A stretch of DNA of 55,147 nt, filler included, from Basidiobolus ranarum (Eukaryota), in the NCBI GenBank assembly GCA_040143965.1. It is 4 parts of 4 records of this genome, joined end to end, with 100 filler letters (N's around TTAATTAATTAA, not from the genome) between each part and the next. Parts side by side here need not be neighbours in the genome. Positions count along the whole stretch, not along the records: positions 27,642 to 41,346 come from JASJQH010000467.1; positions 41,447 to 55,147 come from JASJQH010000468.1; 2 more parts are not named here. One strand, written 5' to 3'. Below, piece by piece: positions 37,954 through 50,190 of this stretch. The notes beneath the pieces are model-generated. The model saw only the letters and a program-made list of their open reading frames with translations, was not told the DNA's origin and did not search any database. A program made the translations under genes and the position numbers. The number at the start of each line of letters is the position of its first letter. The first letter of the stretch is position 1.

Positions 37954-38847
37954 TTAAAAGTTCTTTTTCTTTTCATCCACCGACAGTGTTCCAGGCCCAA
38001 GGTTAATTAGTAATATCAAACCACCTACAATACTTAAGACTTGGAAGAAATCGTATCTCAAGTAATCCCTAGCTGGGTGGTTATGATGTACTGACCACCA
38101 GTTATTCATTACAACATTAAAGGCTGTCAAAAATAGAACCAGCAAAACAGCCGAGAATTTCACCTTAAATCCTACCACAATCATGAAAGAAGAAATGATT
38201 CCCATAGCCGAAAAAGTCAAGCTCACGGGGGTTATTTGCTGTGGAAATACCAAATAGAGGAACAATATAATCAACAGAATTCTTCCAGACAGCTGAAAAT
38301 ATCTGCTAGGATCAAAATGATAAGGTGCCAGAAGGCCCGGAAAAGTGGATTTGGGTTTGTTCAAGCCCTCAGCTAGCAGCATTAGTAATCCGCCAAGAAT
38401 ACTGATGTTTCGAAGAAAGAATTGAAATTCCAGAAACAATCCATAACCTATGATTTGGGAAATAACTGCAGCAAACAATCCACCTACTGCGATCTTAGTG
38501 TGTCTTTTAGTTATGACCAAAAACGAGCCGGCCAGCATTGTCTAACATTTGTGAATGCAAAGATGAAAGTAGATATATTAAAACAGTTATCAATCAATTT
38601 TGTTACACACACAGGTAAATACCAGAACATTCAACCCGAGAAATATTTGACCGACTGTAGAGCTGAGGCCACGTTGATTGCGAAGATAATGAAGCTGCTC
38701 AGACCATTGAAGTACGATTCTTGAAGAGTCTTCAATAAAACTAATCACTACAAGGAATCTTGCCACACCAGTGATATACGATTTGATCGGAAAGTGAAGA
38801 CTAAATTGAGTGTCGATTTGCTCAGAAAGATTTCTTAAAAGCTCCAT
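37954..38847 (-). CDS. ERV29: ER cargo receptor Erv29/SURF4, copy 2
   Basis: Two exons with the intron at the equivalent position: ARFLVVISFIEDSSRIVLQW, FFLRNISILGG, NNWW, RYDFFQVLSIVGGL, GPGTLSVDEKKKNF. Confidence 0.95.
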
Positions 38848-39579
38848 GGTGAGTTGAGTATATTATTTTCGGGGCAAGTAGTAAGAAATATTGCAGATTA
38901 ACTTGCAATGGGAAAAATAGGAAATCAATGTGACTTCTCCTTTCTTGCAGTCGTCATGAATTATTTATAGGGAGAGTCTCGGAGGTTTTTCAACGAGTAT
39001 CCTCCGGATATGCTAGCTAGATTTAGTCTACAATGAACAATGTATCAGCAATTACCTTCGGCAAAACATCGAAACTCCAGGAGATGTATATTATACTCGT
39101 CGCATGTTAAGAGCAACTAGTACAGGTATTTATGCAACATATATTTTTATGAATTATAGAGATAGATATAAAGATGTACATTCTCATCAAAGCGATCAAT
39201 TCAAATGAAAAGTATTCATTGATCGTTCTGCGGAGAAAGATTACTTTACGTGGATAGTTTAAAGCCCCAGGGTACTGAGAACCAACAGGGGTTTTGATAT
39301 GTCCACAAAAATTAAATCATGGCTACTCATAAGATCCAGGCTGACTTTTTATATCTGTTGAGAAAACATGGGATTCCACCTTATTAAATCGAAGTCATCC
39401 CGATTATTTTCGCTAGCTGCTGTCTTATATCAGCCGATATATATATATATAATGCATTCTAGATTATCTGATTCCGAATTTGATGTTAAATCAAGTACGT
39501 ATGCTACCTTTTATGCAAAACTACTTAATAGCGTTGACCAGTATTCTTCAATTTGCATTATACGTTAAACACGGCCCAT

Positions 39580-41346
39580 ATGTCTTTTACAAGGCAGTTC
39601 AACTTTTTTGAGAAAGATGAGGTTAAGGAGACTCCTTCTATTCTTCAGGTGAGAACTACAACCTATTTCAGAATACGCAGCTCAAACATTGATCAAATTT
39701 CGACCATTTTTTTAATTTTTGGCCTCACTCTTCAATCCTTAAAGTTCTAACTGTATTTTCATTTTATAGAAACCTGACATCCTGGTTCATTCTAGAGGCC
39801 GAGGATTGATTTTCGTAGCAGATATCCTTTCCATTTCTACTTAACAATATGTGATTTCACTAAACAAGAATTTCGTCTGTTATCATTAACTCAACAACAC
39901 ATAATGAAGGCTTTATACACATGGTTGATCGTTCTTTTACAGTACGCTCATGGTTAGCATTTGAAACAGGACGTGTAACACATATGAAGCACATGAAATA
40001 TCAAAACATTTTGGTCACAATAGGCGTAAGTCTTAAATATCTATTTCTAGAACTTCGAAGAAGTGGTGGTATTTTCTCTTCTCTTCCAGTTTACTTAGGC
40101 TTAAATCTTTTAGGAAGATGACACTCCTGCTTCCAGTCCTTTGATTAAAATCTGGGACTTAGATAAGCATGATAAAAACAAGCAAGATCCTCTATGCGTT
40201 AAAACGACTAAAGTTAGCCAAGGAGGCAATCCTTTTCCGGTAACGACACCTGGTATTACATATGTATTGGAGAATTTTCTAACGCTTGGTCAATAATTCT
40301 TAGGTTTCCAAGTTTGCTGTACTTGAGAGTATGTCTCAAATTGCTATTGGATTAGCTAATGGTCAGGTTATCTTAATTCGTGGTGACATATCTCGAGACC
40401 GTTATACCAAGCAGAAGGTTATTCATGAATGTCCTGAGCCCATTACTGGTATGTATTAGTTGACCGTTTTTGATCCTTTAACTGAATTCCTAACTTAGTT
40501 ATCGATTTTCTGCTAGGTCTTGAATTTCGAGAGGAGGGAAAAACCGTTATTCTTTTCATTGTGACTACCAATCAAATTATCTCTTGTAATACCACAAACA
40601 AAGAAGTTAAAGTAGGACAGCACATTCGGATTTACCACGCACGTTGTAAATATGTTATTCAAACTTTGAAACTATTTTAGGTGATCTTAGATGATCACGG
40701 TGCTGCTCTTGGATGTTCTACGCTTAGCGAGCCCGATAATGACCTTATTGTTGGTAGAGACGAGGTACTTGATTTGTTATTTCTAATAGCCTCTTGCCTC
40801 TTAATGAACTTTCTTAGGCTATCTATTTTTACGGACCAGACGGACGTGGCCCTTGCTTTGCTTACGAAGGTATTTTTCCAATCTCTCTTATAACACCTGT
40901 GCAAACGTACTAAGCCTCTGCAAATTGTGCTGACAATTCAGGAACCAAGATTTCCGTCAATTGGTTCAAGAATTACATTATAATTGTCTCACCTACACGC
41001 GCTCCTACTAATAGTTCCAGTATCGGAAACGTTTATACCTCTGCATCTACAATTCTCTCAGAATTAAATCAAGTAACTATTTTTGACGTTAACAACAAGT
41101 TTTCTGCATTTTCTGCCAGCATTACTTCAGGTGTTAGGGCAGTAATTTGCGAGTGGGATGGCGTTTTTATCCTCTCTGGGGATGGTAAACTATTCCGCCT
41201 TGAGGAGAAAGATACCCCCACTAAACTGGAGATTCTATTCAAGCAAAACCTTTATATGCTCGCCATTGGACTGGCTAGAAGTCAAAAATATCAGGCGAGT
41301 AGCATTGCTGAGATATATAAGAAATATGGCGACCACTTGTATAGGT
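39580..41346 (+). CDS. VPS11: HOPS/CORVET subunit Vps11, N-terminal part, truncated by gap
   Basis: MSFTRQFNFFE, ILVTIG|EDDTPASSPLIKIWDLDK, SQIAIGLANGQVILIRGDISRDR, EPITGLEF, AIYFYGPDGRGPCFAYEG, VICEWDGVFILSGDGKLFRLEEKD...KLEILFKQNLYMLAI, EIYKKYGDHLY. Confidence 0.95.
39822..39900 (+). other. U12-type (minor spliceosome) AT-AC intron in VPS11
   Basis: 5' end ATATCCTTT, branch site TATCATTAAC ending 10 nt before the terminal AC. Removing it joins ...IFVA-G|AT-NEGFIHMVDR in frame. Confidence 0.92.
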
Positions 41347-41446
41347 NNNNNNNNNNNNNNNNNNNNNNNNNNNNNNNNNNNNNNNNNNNNTTAATTAATT
41401 AANNNNNNNNNNNNNNNNNNNNNNNNNNNNNNNNNNNNNNNNNNNN
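41347..41446. other. Artificial contig linker (N44-TTAATTAATTAA-N44)
   Basis: Same 100-bp structure as at 13730. Confidence 0.97.
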
Positions 41447-41601
41447 GATTCACTCTTCTTTCTGATGCACTGCACTAATATAGGAAAGACAGACTTTAAT
41501 ATTAGATATTGAAATGCTATTACAAACTATATTCTATATCTCCTCTTACCTGATAACCCGTCAAACATGCAACCAAGTTATTAGTCACTCATAATAGTGA
41601 T

Positions 41602-42328
41602 ATGTCCTGTCAAAACCATCTCGTATATAACATGGTCCTTGGATCAACATCTCCTACTGAAGCGTTGATAGGTAACATTTCATTGTGTTGCTATAATACT
41701 CAAGATTGGGTCACTGACATGCCATTTAGATATCACAGTTGGAGTCATTCAGCATATATGGTCTAACGAGCCAGTAGATCCTAGAGCGTTACCACTACGC
41801 ATTTTTATACAAGAGGTTTTGCGTCGCTCTGGCGCTTCATTCTCTACCTTGTTAGTCACCCTTATCTATCTGTTTCGGTTCAAAAGCTGCTCCAACTCAG
41901 AGAATACCGAATCTAAGAGCAGCTGTCTTCATCATCATAAGGTTCGCGGGTCGGGCCGTAGAATGTTTGTAGCAGCAATCATTACAGCATTTAAATATCT
42001 GGAGGATCGGAGTTTCCCTAATACTAGATGGTCCCGTATAACCGGACTCAGTGTACAGGAGATAAACAGTAATGAGCGGATATTTCTGGAGCTCTTAAAT
42101 TATCGATTGTACATGGCACCATCGCTGTTTACATGGTGGATGACGTTGCTGTTGGGTAGCATAGAAGATAAAGCTACATCTTTCTCCCAAGTGGAGACAA
42201 AAACATCTACAACCATATCACACACACATCACATTGGTGTCATAGAAAGCAACGATCATCATCCAACAAGGTTCAGAAAGAACCATGCTCACTTTTTGCC
42301 ATATCAAAATCCCAAAGTTAGATCTTGA
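41602..42328 (+). CDS. Pho85-type cyclin (Pho80/Pcl/Clg1 family)
   Basis: Exons 41602-41671 and 41730-42328: LRIFIQEVLRRSGASFSTLLVTLIYLFR...RRMFVAAIITAFKYLEDRSFPNTRWSRITGLSVQEINSNERIFLELLNYRL. Confidence 0.92.
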
Positions 42329-42546
42329 ATCGCTCATCCAGCATCTGTATCACAATGTCTATTCTCCACTACAAAATCATCCACCTCGGCTCTATCCAAC
42401 GATGTCGAGTAGTACGTAAATTGTCATCTATTCATACTGTCTTATATTTATTAGTGTCAAACATTTTAGTTGGTCAATGTAAAGCATCTATTATAACTAA
42501 AGTATTCCAACAATTGTGTTTATGATAAGCGATGCATTAGATGGAG

Positions 42547-42606
42547 CATATCCACTCCATATTAATTTGACCTACATATCCACTCCATATTAATCTGACC
42601 TACATA
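42547..42606. repeat. 28-bp direct repeat x2.1 (CATATCCACTCCATATTAATYTGACCTA)
   Basis: Two adjacent copies with one mismatch, between convergent 3' ends. Confidence 0.85.
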
Positions 42607-42727
42607 GGGTATTTTTAGCATCAACAAAAACAAAAAGAATTTACATTAAAGAGATATGGGGGGGGGTTAAATGTCATTTCATATCAAACGAAGGATATAT
42701 GCTAATGGTAGTAGGGCTCAAATCAAC

Positions 42728-45700
42728 TCATGACCAAGAAGCGTGACTGTTCAATCTTGGTCGAATTTTTTCGTTCACTCTGAGATGATTCATCTTGTCG
42801 ATAACGCTATGATCAAGTTCCTCATCTAAAGTTAACGACGAGCTTGACAGAGGTGAAGACAAATAAGATGGTGGAGGTGTTTCTATATTGATGCCGTTGC
42901 TCGCATTGTTGGGAGAGCACTCTTCGTAACCATTCGAACTATTATCGCTGGCTTTACGCCCTCTTCTGGATTCTTCATTTGATATATCCTCATCTTCCTC
43001 ATCTATGGCACGTTTAAGGCAGTCTACGTATGTTTGATATTTGATCAACTCTCTTAGGATATACTGTGACTTTTTCTCGTAGTTTGAAAATGCTTTAGCC
43101 ATGTTTAAGGATTTTGGAGAAAACTAATTTGAATATGGAGCAAATCAATGACTGTGTTTGTAAAGAAGTGAATGATACAAAATGTTACGTACCCGCACTT
43201 GCAGAATGTCACGTAATCTCATGTGATGATCTAATTCTGTTTCGAGGTCACTGACATGCTTAGCTAGACTTTCGTACTGTTCTCGCTAGAAGATATATAG
43301 GGAGTTTGGTAATTTGATCGAAGAGTGTTTCAATGTTTAGCTAAATACTGACCTTGTTGAGCGGGGATTTTACCAAAGGGTTTGCAGGTTCACTCCAATC
43401 ATGGAGTACTGCATTCGAGTCATATCCAGGGGGTAAAGGTACACTATAGGTTCTGTGCAAAGAAATGAACTGCTCTCCACTTTTTCCCCATCCATAGTCT
43501 ATATTCGATACTCCACCGGCCAGTGGCTCTTTACTTTCACACGCTGCCCAGTAATTACATACGAAAACCCATTCTTGAACCTTCTCGGCTGTACTAGCTT
43601 GGAATAGGTAGACTCCACCGTTGGGTAGTTGTAGGGCAAAAACATGAGGTCTAGCTGGCGAATGTCCTGGTGGCGGAAGTGCAGAGGATAATGTGTGACG
43701 TAAAGATATTTGTCCCATTTGAGAGGCCCAGTCCTAAAGTTATTTGAGAAGTTGAAAGTTAGACATCAATTCTTTCCCCAGTAAAATTAATATTTACCTC
43801 TGAAAACTCTGCTCCTAATTTTCCACGATCAGCTTTATACATTCTGAAATCACCTTTATCAACCACAACAAAGCAATCCTTCCACTGTCGATTCGAAGCT
43901 TTTTTATTGGTTTTTTCGTTAAGGTGCTTTCTGGTAAGCATACCTAGTTTAGTGTATCGAATATCCTCGTTGTTAACCGATAAAGTGACGGCGTTAACTC
44001 CTCTTTCTACCGGTGATGAGGGTCTGGATGGCTTGGAAAAGGAAGAAGAGCTGGGTAATTGAAGTGAACTTCTCCCTATTTCTCGATTCATCTATGAAAA
44101 GAACAGGTGAGTAAGATTCATTAACTGAACATAATGCGTTGGCCTACATCAAATGGGGATGAGGAGCGTGATCCAGGTCGACTGCGAGCACGTCTCAGGG
44201 CGCTAGAGGAAGAGGATCTTTGAAATCCAAAGCCACCAAAAGCACCAGCAAATGAAGACGATCTTCGTCTACCAGTAGTACGACTGTTCGGCTGTGGTAT
44301 TTGGGTATGCTTGATTGATATGTACATTTCCTAGTGGGATGTGGTTAGTTCATAAGGATCACCAGTAAAGTTAGCCAATACATATATTTACCTTCAATAA
44401 AGCAATCAAATCATCTTCACTACCACTATTTCGACTAGTCCTACTACTTATACTAGCACGATCACTATGTGTGCTTTGAATGGAAGAGTTGATTGTGTCA
44501 TTCTCGCCATCAAAATAGTGACATGCTCGAATGGTTGCTAGTGTGTTCTTTACAAATTCACTTTTGTTGATTTTGTGATTTGATTGGGCCACATGTAGAT
44601 CAGTATTAAGTAACAGCAAGGAATAGACAATGGTATAAACCGTATCTATGCATCGACTCAGTTAACGTGTGAATAAGAGGTAGGGTTAATTGAAGTCACT
44701 TACCACGATCTGCCAGTACTCCACCTTTGTTACACTCCCAGTATCTTCTGGAAAATTCATTTAAAATTCGATCAATGATCTGTGCTTCTCCACTTAAGAA
44801 CAAACAAGAGCAAAAAAAGCTAAAGATAAAAGTAAAAGGAACGGATTAATTGGATATATATGGATCATTGCGCATATAATCTAAACTTTACCGGAAGGCA
44901 TTCTCCAGTCTCATCCCTGTGAAATCGAAAAAGTCCATGTACTTTTGTAATACCATTGAGTTGAGTTTACCGCTGTAGTTAACGATGAAATACACAATAA
45001 GTTAGCAATAGGTGACTGTAAGAAGATAAAGGATATTTTACCAACCGTTTACCAAGAAATTCGGCTATCTCTTCTCGTTTCATAAACTCATCATCTTCAT
45101 ACAGTTTCTGAGCAGTTAAAGTAGCTTCCTCCATTAATTCCAACTCCTCTGCATCCAAAACAATATCTAACGAGCTACTATCTATCTCTTCAGGTATACT
45201 CTGTGCGTCTCCACGTTCGTTCATAATGGTTATTTCGGGTTGACTCATAACCGGAGTATTGTCCTTTTCAGGTACACTCTTTAGTGAAGGAAAGTTTGTT
45301 AAATAAGATATAAAACTTTTACGGCGTGTATGTCGGGCGGTCCCACTTTGGTTAAGGAATAAATTAGGATCAGTTGCAATTTGGTTGGCAATGGAGAATT
45401 CGCTCTTAGTTGCTGAGCCACTCGAGGGTACTGGGGCTGGCCCTAACAGATAATGTGGGAATTGGCTTGCACAATTGTGACTCGTTATACTGTTAGCGTC
45501 TGGTACTGTTGGTTTTGAGTTAAGAGATTCAGCAAGCTCTTCGTTACCGCTAGGTGCTATCAAAATGAATAACCACAAGCAAATAATTGAGAGAGAAGTT
45601 CAATTATTAGGTGATGATAAAAGACAGATAGTTGAGTACCCGAGATATAGACAATGAAATAAGGGAAAAGACAGTTAGTATGGTCAGCACAGTTAATCAA

Positions 45701-45744
45701 TTCAAAAGGTAAATAGTACGTTTTGGTCCGTCTAGTGAGTGCAT
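42728..45744 (-). CDS. Sec7 + PH domain Arf guanine-nucleotide exchange factor (EFA6/PSD, Syt1/Yel1-like)
   Basis: EIAEFLGK, YMDFFDFTGMRLENAFR, LFLSGEAQIIDRILNEFSRRYWECN (glutamic finger), LLLNTDLH; PH domain GMLTRKH...RQWKDCF...RPHVFALQLPNGGVYLFQAST...WVFVCNYWAA; NYEKKSQYILRELIKYQTY. The first exon (MHSLDGPK at 45744) is less certain. Confidence 0.92.
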
Positions 45745-48700
45745 AGCGAGGTATAGGAAATTAACGTTTGAGGGGGTAGAAGGGCTAAGGAGGGTGAGGT
45801 GAGCAACTTGGTATCTAGAACAGTCACCCTATATTTATTGAAGTGGGAGGTTTCGAGAAGATGGGCAGAATTTAGACACTTGGTTTGATTCTAATGATTA
45901 ATCACAATCAGAGTTGATGTTAAGGCCTTAGTTAAGATAGACAAAAATCAATCAGGGTGGAGATTTAGCAATGAAGTAAAATAACTGCAGAAGAAGCCAC
46001 GCTCTGCGCGTTGGAAGTAGAAATTGACAAAAATTATCAAAACTGTTATTTACAAATGGACAGGGGTGTCCAATAATATATAACAAGAATAAAGTGAAGG
46101 GACTTGGACTATTTATCTGGTTGTTGGGGTTGCTGACTGTAATACTGGTTGCTATACTGGCAAATAGCGCTCGGCTAATGAATTCATAAAAGTAACAAAG
46201 TATGATGAGAGAAGCACAAATTAGATAACAGTGGTACAAGATTCGGTCCGATGACCTGCCCACTGCCTCTGTTCATAGTGTACAATTTCTTATCGCCCAC
46301 TACCTCTGCTAATAGGGCAGCTTCCTGTCCAAAGAAGGGTAAAAGGCCAGAGGATGTGTTACATATATTGCATACAATGAGATTATGTCAAACTGAATAC
46401 AGGTGTTGGGACTGGTTTTGAGCTCTATATATATATAATTTGTAGCTACTATACTATATATTATAACTCGTTCTTTTATGCTCTCAACTAAAAGGTATGA
46501 GTTGCTGCAGGATTTTGTTAGTTTGTTTGGGTCCAACCTCTATTCAACAACACAAGTTGTTAACTTTCCAACTAAAATCTCTGTGATCGTTAGATGACCT
46601 ATTACTAACACTATACATGATGAACAGGGATTATGTAAGCCAGTGAATATAACTCTGACACACATCTATTTGATTGGATAGCTAAGGAGAAACCACACTA
46701 AAGCAAAGTAGTAGCTGAAGATTCTGAGATATCTGGTAACAAGTGAGTGTATGAATATGTATGTGTGGGTGCAGGTAAGTCAAAGATATCAATTGAAGAT
46801 GTTTGATGTACGTGATCAATATCATACACGTGTTGTAGTGAAAATAATACATGAATCCCTCTGTATGGGTGCTAGTTGTATCTCTGTTCTTTGTAGCCCC
46901 TTCCTTCTAATACATCATCAAGCTAGAAATTTAAAAATACATTAATAAATCTCTAGGCTTGGGTGATCATTGCTGACTTTAATTAATGCTATCGCGTTCT
47001 ACATGCCGTTGGTGTATATCATTGATATATATAGCGTATTATATCCTTAGACTGTATTATCCCTTGTGGTTAGTTAATGTCTGTACAGTTGGCATTTCCA
47101 CACACTAAATGATTCTGAAACAGAAAATATTTGAGTCGCGTGCGATAGAACACCAACACGTATGCTGAATATGTAAACATTTCCAATGATTCTGCCATCC
47201 ATCTGTCACCTGGTAAATACTTGATGCGGTTATGTGCGTGTGGGTGAGCGTTGGTGTTGGTCCGGGCTAAGTGGTAGCAGTCACTTAACTGAAACTTGAT
47301 TCATCGGACATACTCGGAACTGATTCTTAAACATCGTGATCGAGAAATTAGGGTTAAAGATAGGGTCAGTGTTGAAGTGATCACTGTTGACTGTTAAACG
47401 GTTGGGATATCTCAAACATTCGCAAGATCAACGAATCACCTTGCACCACCATAGTGAGACAATTGGCGTCTTGAACGTCATATTTGTTTGTGACTAGGAG
47501 CTTACAGGGAGGAGGGTAGCTTGATGGCTTAGAGACTCGAGATGTAGAGTACCTTAAATCGGGTTACAAAAAATATGCAGTGCAATCAATGTGGCTTTTG
47601 TGGAACGAAGGTGTTGCGAAGATTACACGCTATGTGTTGTTATGCTGCTACTCGTTCGATACTCATCAACACTGATCTGATGTCAGCACATATTATCAGC
47701 CCTCAGGTTAAAGGAGCATTAAGCTAATACTACATATGTACAAATAAACTAGTATCTTTGGATGCTGAAGGTCAGACTTGGTCTCACATTAGTATATCTC
47801 CTCATCAACAAGCATTAGCAGCAAACCTGTTCCTAATATTGCAATTTATGAGAAGACTGTTCGAGACACCCAAAGCTGCTTTTATTAATGAAAAGAAAAG
47901 GCAGACCAAGTTCAGTATCTGGTTGTTACCTGTCAAAAATATCCTCATTAATATTAGTCAATGTATTCTATTATTATTAATTGTCGATACATTTAGTTAA
48001 AAGCATACGGGTAGCATATGGTTACATTCATGAGTGGATGTTTCATTTCAACGAAAGATTTTCGATTTTCGTGAGTGCTCAATACGATAAACTACAATAT
48101 GTATGTATATCAACTTCAAATATTCGCTAAGTAGCTATCCATTGTATGTCGTTATGCACACTTCTACCTCATTGTACACTTCTGTTTGCTCTTGATATGA
48201 AATGCGTAGTTGCGAAATATAAAATGCGTGGATGCGTAGTTGCGAAATGAAAACATTCCATATAAAGAGGAAAATAATCTTCATACATTAATTAAAATGC
48301 AGGCTTAGTACGTTTAGATTCGAGTAGCATCGTTGCATCCACAGTAAGGAGCCTTTGCAACATGACTGATTATCCCATTCAGTAAGGGATTAGTAGGGCG
48401 GATCGGGAGGGTTGTGGTTAAATGGTTGGTGTTACTTGAAATACTTGGGGTGGATATATCCTCGATAGTCGAGATTGCTCATCGCCGAACCCTAAACTCC
48501 TTTCAATGTATGGAAAGTAATATAGATAGTATATTGATTTTCTGTGCCTCCAGTAAGTTTTTCTATCTTGCTCTTTGCTAGGTATAATTATATATATCGC
48601 TAGCTACAGAGGGATTGCATCTATCGATAACTACAGAAGTATTATATATATCAATAGCTACAGAAGTTGGAGTTATATGCATGAGTAACACTGATCATTG

Positions 48701-49248
48701 TAAGAAATCCCATCCATAATTGCGCTCATTCTTGGCTCATACTTGTCGAGAAAGCCTGGACTCCGCCAAGATTATTTCTGGGAAAGTAAATATGCGATAG
48801 TGTTTCACCAGGATGATTGCCTCCAATGCTACATGGAGAGGGAGAGATGCCCCTTTAATCATGCTATCAACTAAAACCCATACTAAAACTGAATAAGTGG
48901 ATCGACTGCTAAACTAGCCTCACCCAGATTGAGACTTTGACAACCCCGATTTCATTACCTTCCTTGATCCTTTTGATCTTCCATTCACACACACTGATCC
49001 GCCATTGGAGTGTTTCATAAGGAAGAGTGGGGAGCTGCTAGCGTTCATCTTGTTAGTCAATGTTTTCAAGTCCATTCGGGATCACATTGGTAAGGTGTCC
49101 AATTAAACCGATTTAAGTTGGTTGGTGACACAGTAGAGTTTTCAACAGTCGCCCTATAAAATGGAGCCGAAACCATGAAAGCTGGAATTTGTTCTCGTAG
49201 CATCTTTTTTAGCTTTTCTCCTTTTCCCTTGTTAATTTATTCATAAAG

Positions 49249-50163
49249 ATGGGTTCTCACAGCTATACTGCTCATTATGTTCCATCTGTTACCACTCATT
49301 TCTCACTCCACCACCAACCAAATCAGAGAGGAAACAAAATAACCCATCCACCAGTTTATCACTCAACAAATGGATTTCGTGAAGCAAACATTCACTCAAA
49401 CCCTCCTATGATGTATTCTGAGCATAGATCACCCAACTACCCTCAAAACCCCACGAATCTTTGTGTGCAGAATACTCAGCCTCAATCAAATATTCGTGAA
49501 ATTGGACCAAGCCAGAATGTCTACGGAAATCCAACATATGAGCCAGACATTTCTCCCTTCCACCCCATAGGATTCCCCACGGTATCCAACGTAGAATTGC
49601 AGCGTTATCACCCATACGATGCACACATGGGGGAAGAGACCCAGTGTAATTCAACTGTCAAGCCCAAGCGGAAGAGGGCAAATGCTACGCAATTAAAAGT
49701 ACTTAACCAGCTATTCCAGCAAACATTCTTTCCCTCAACAGAACTTCGCATCCAGCTTGGCAAGCAGCTAGGTATGAGCCCTAGAACAGTACAGATATGG
49801 TTCCAGAATAAACGACAGGCTTGGCGTATAAGAAACAAATTCTTCGCTAATAAAAATGAAAGATTCGATGACATTCCATCCTCTCCAGAGACGAGCGCAG
49901 CTACTACTCCAACCATGACATCGCCAAAGTCATCTACCTGTCCATCACCAGATTACTCTGTAGCCTCTAAAAGTAATGGGTTTCAATTGCCATCCATTTC
50001 ACAGTTGGAATCGTCTATTTCAGCTGACTACAAAGTCTATGATTACGCTCATCACTCTGCAAACCGTAGCCTTACTAATCCTGAACGTCCACTGCTTCCA
50101 TCCTTGAACGAGATTATTAAGCGAGAACCGCGCACTATTGGACTAGGCTCGTTCCACTATTGA
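49249..50163 (+). CDS. Homeobox transcription factor (typical non-TALE homeodomain), paralog A
   Basis: KPKRKRANATQLKVLNQLFQQTFFPSTELRIQLGKQLGMSPRTVQIWFQNKRQ; single exon; TATAAAA about 90 bp upstream. Confidence 0.95.
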   Translation: MGSHSYTAHYVPSVTTHFSLHHQPNQRGNKITHPPVYHSTNGFREANIHSNPPMMYSEHRSPNYPQNPTNLCVQNTQPQSNIREIGPSQNVYGNPTYEPDISPFHPIGFPTVSNVELQRYHPYDAHMGEETQCNSTVKPKRKRANATQLKVLNQLFQQTFFPSTELRIQLGKQLGMSPRTVQIWFQNKRQAWRIRNKFFANKNERFDDIPSSPETSAATTPTMTSPKSSTCPSPDYSVASKSNGFQLPSISQLESSISADYKVYDYAHHSANRSLTNPERPLLPSLNEIIKREPRTIGLGSFHY

Positions 50164-50190
50164 TTAAGGGTATCATATTAAGGGTATCAT
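50163..50190. repeat. 14-bp perfect direct repeat x2 (ATTAAGGGTATCAT) at the stop codon
   Basis: Read directly from the sequence. Confidence 0.8.

Noticed and set aside
1068-45744. Membrane-trafficking cluster (VPS26, ERV29 x2, VPS11, Arf-GEF)
   Set aside because: Spread over three separate contigs; a large functional class, so co-occurrence is expected by chance.
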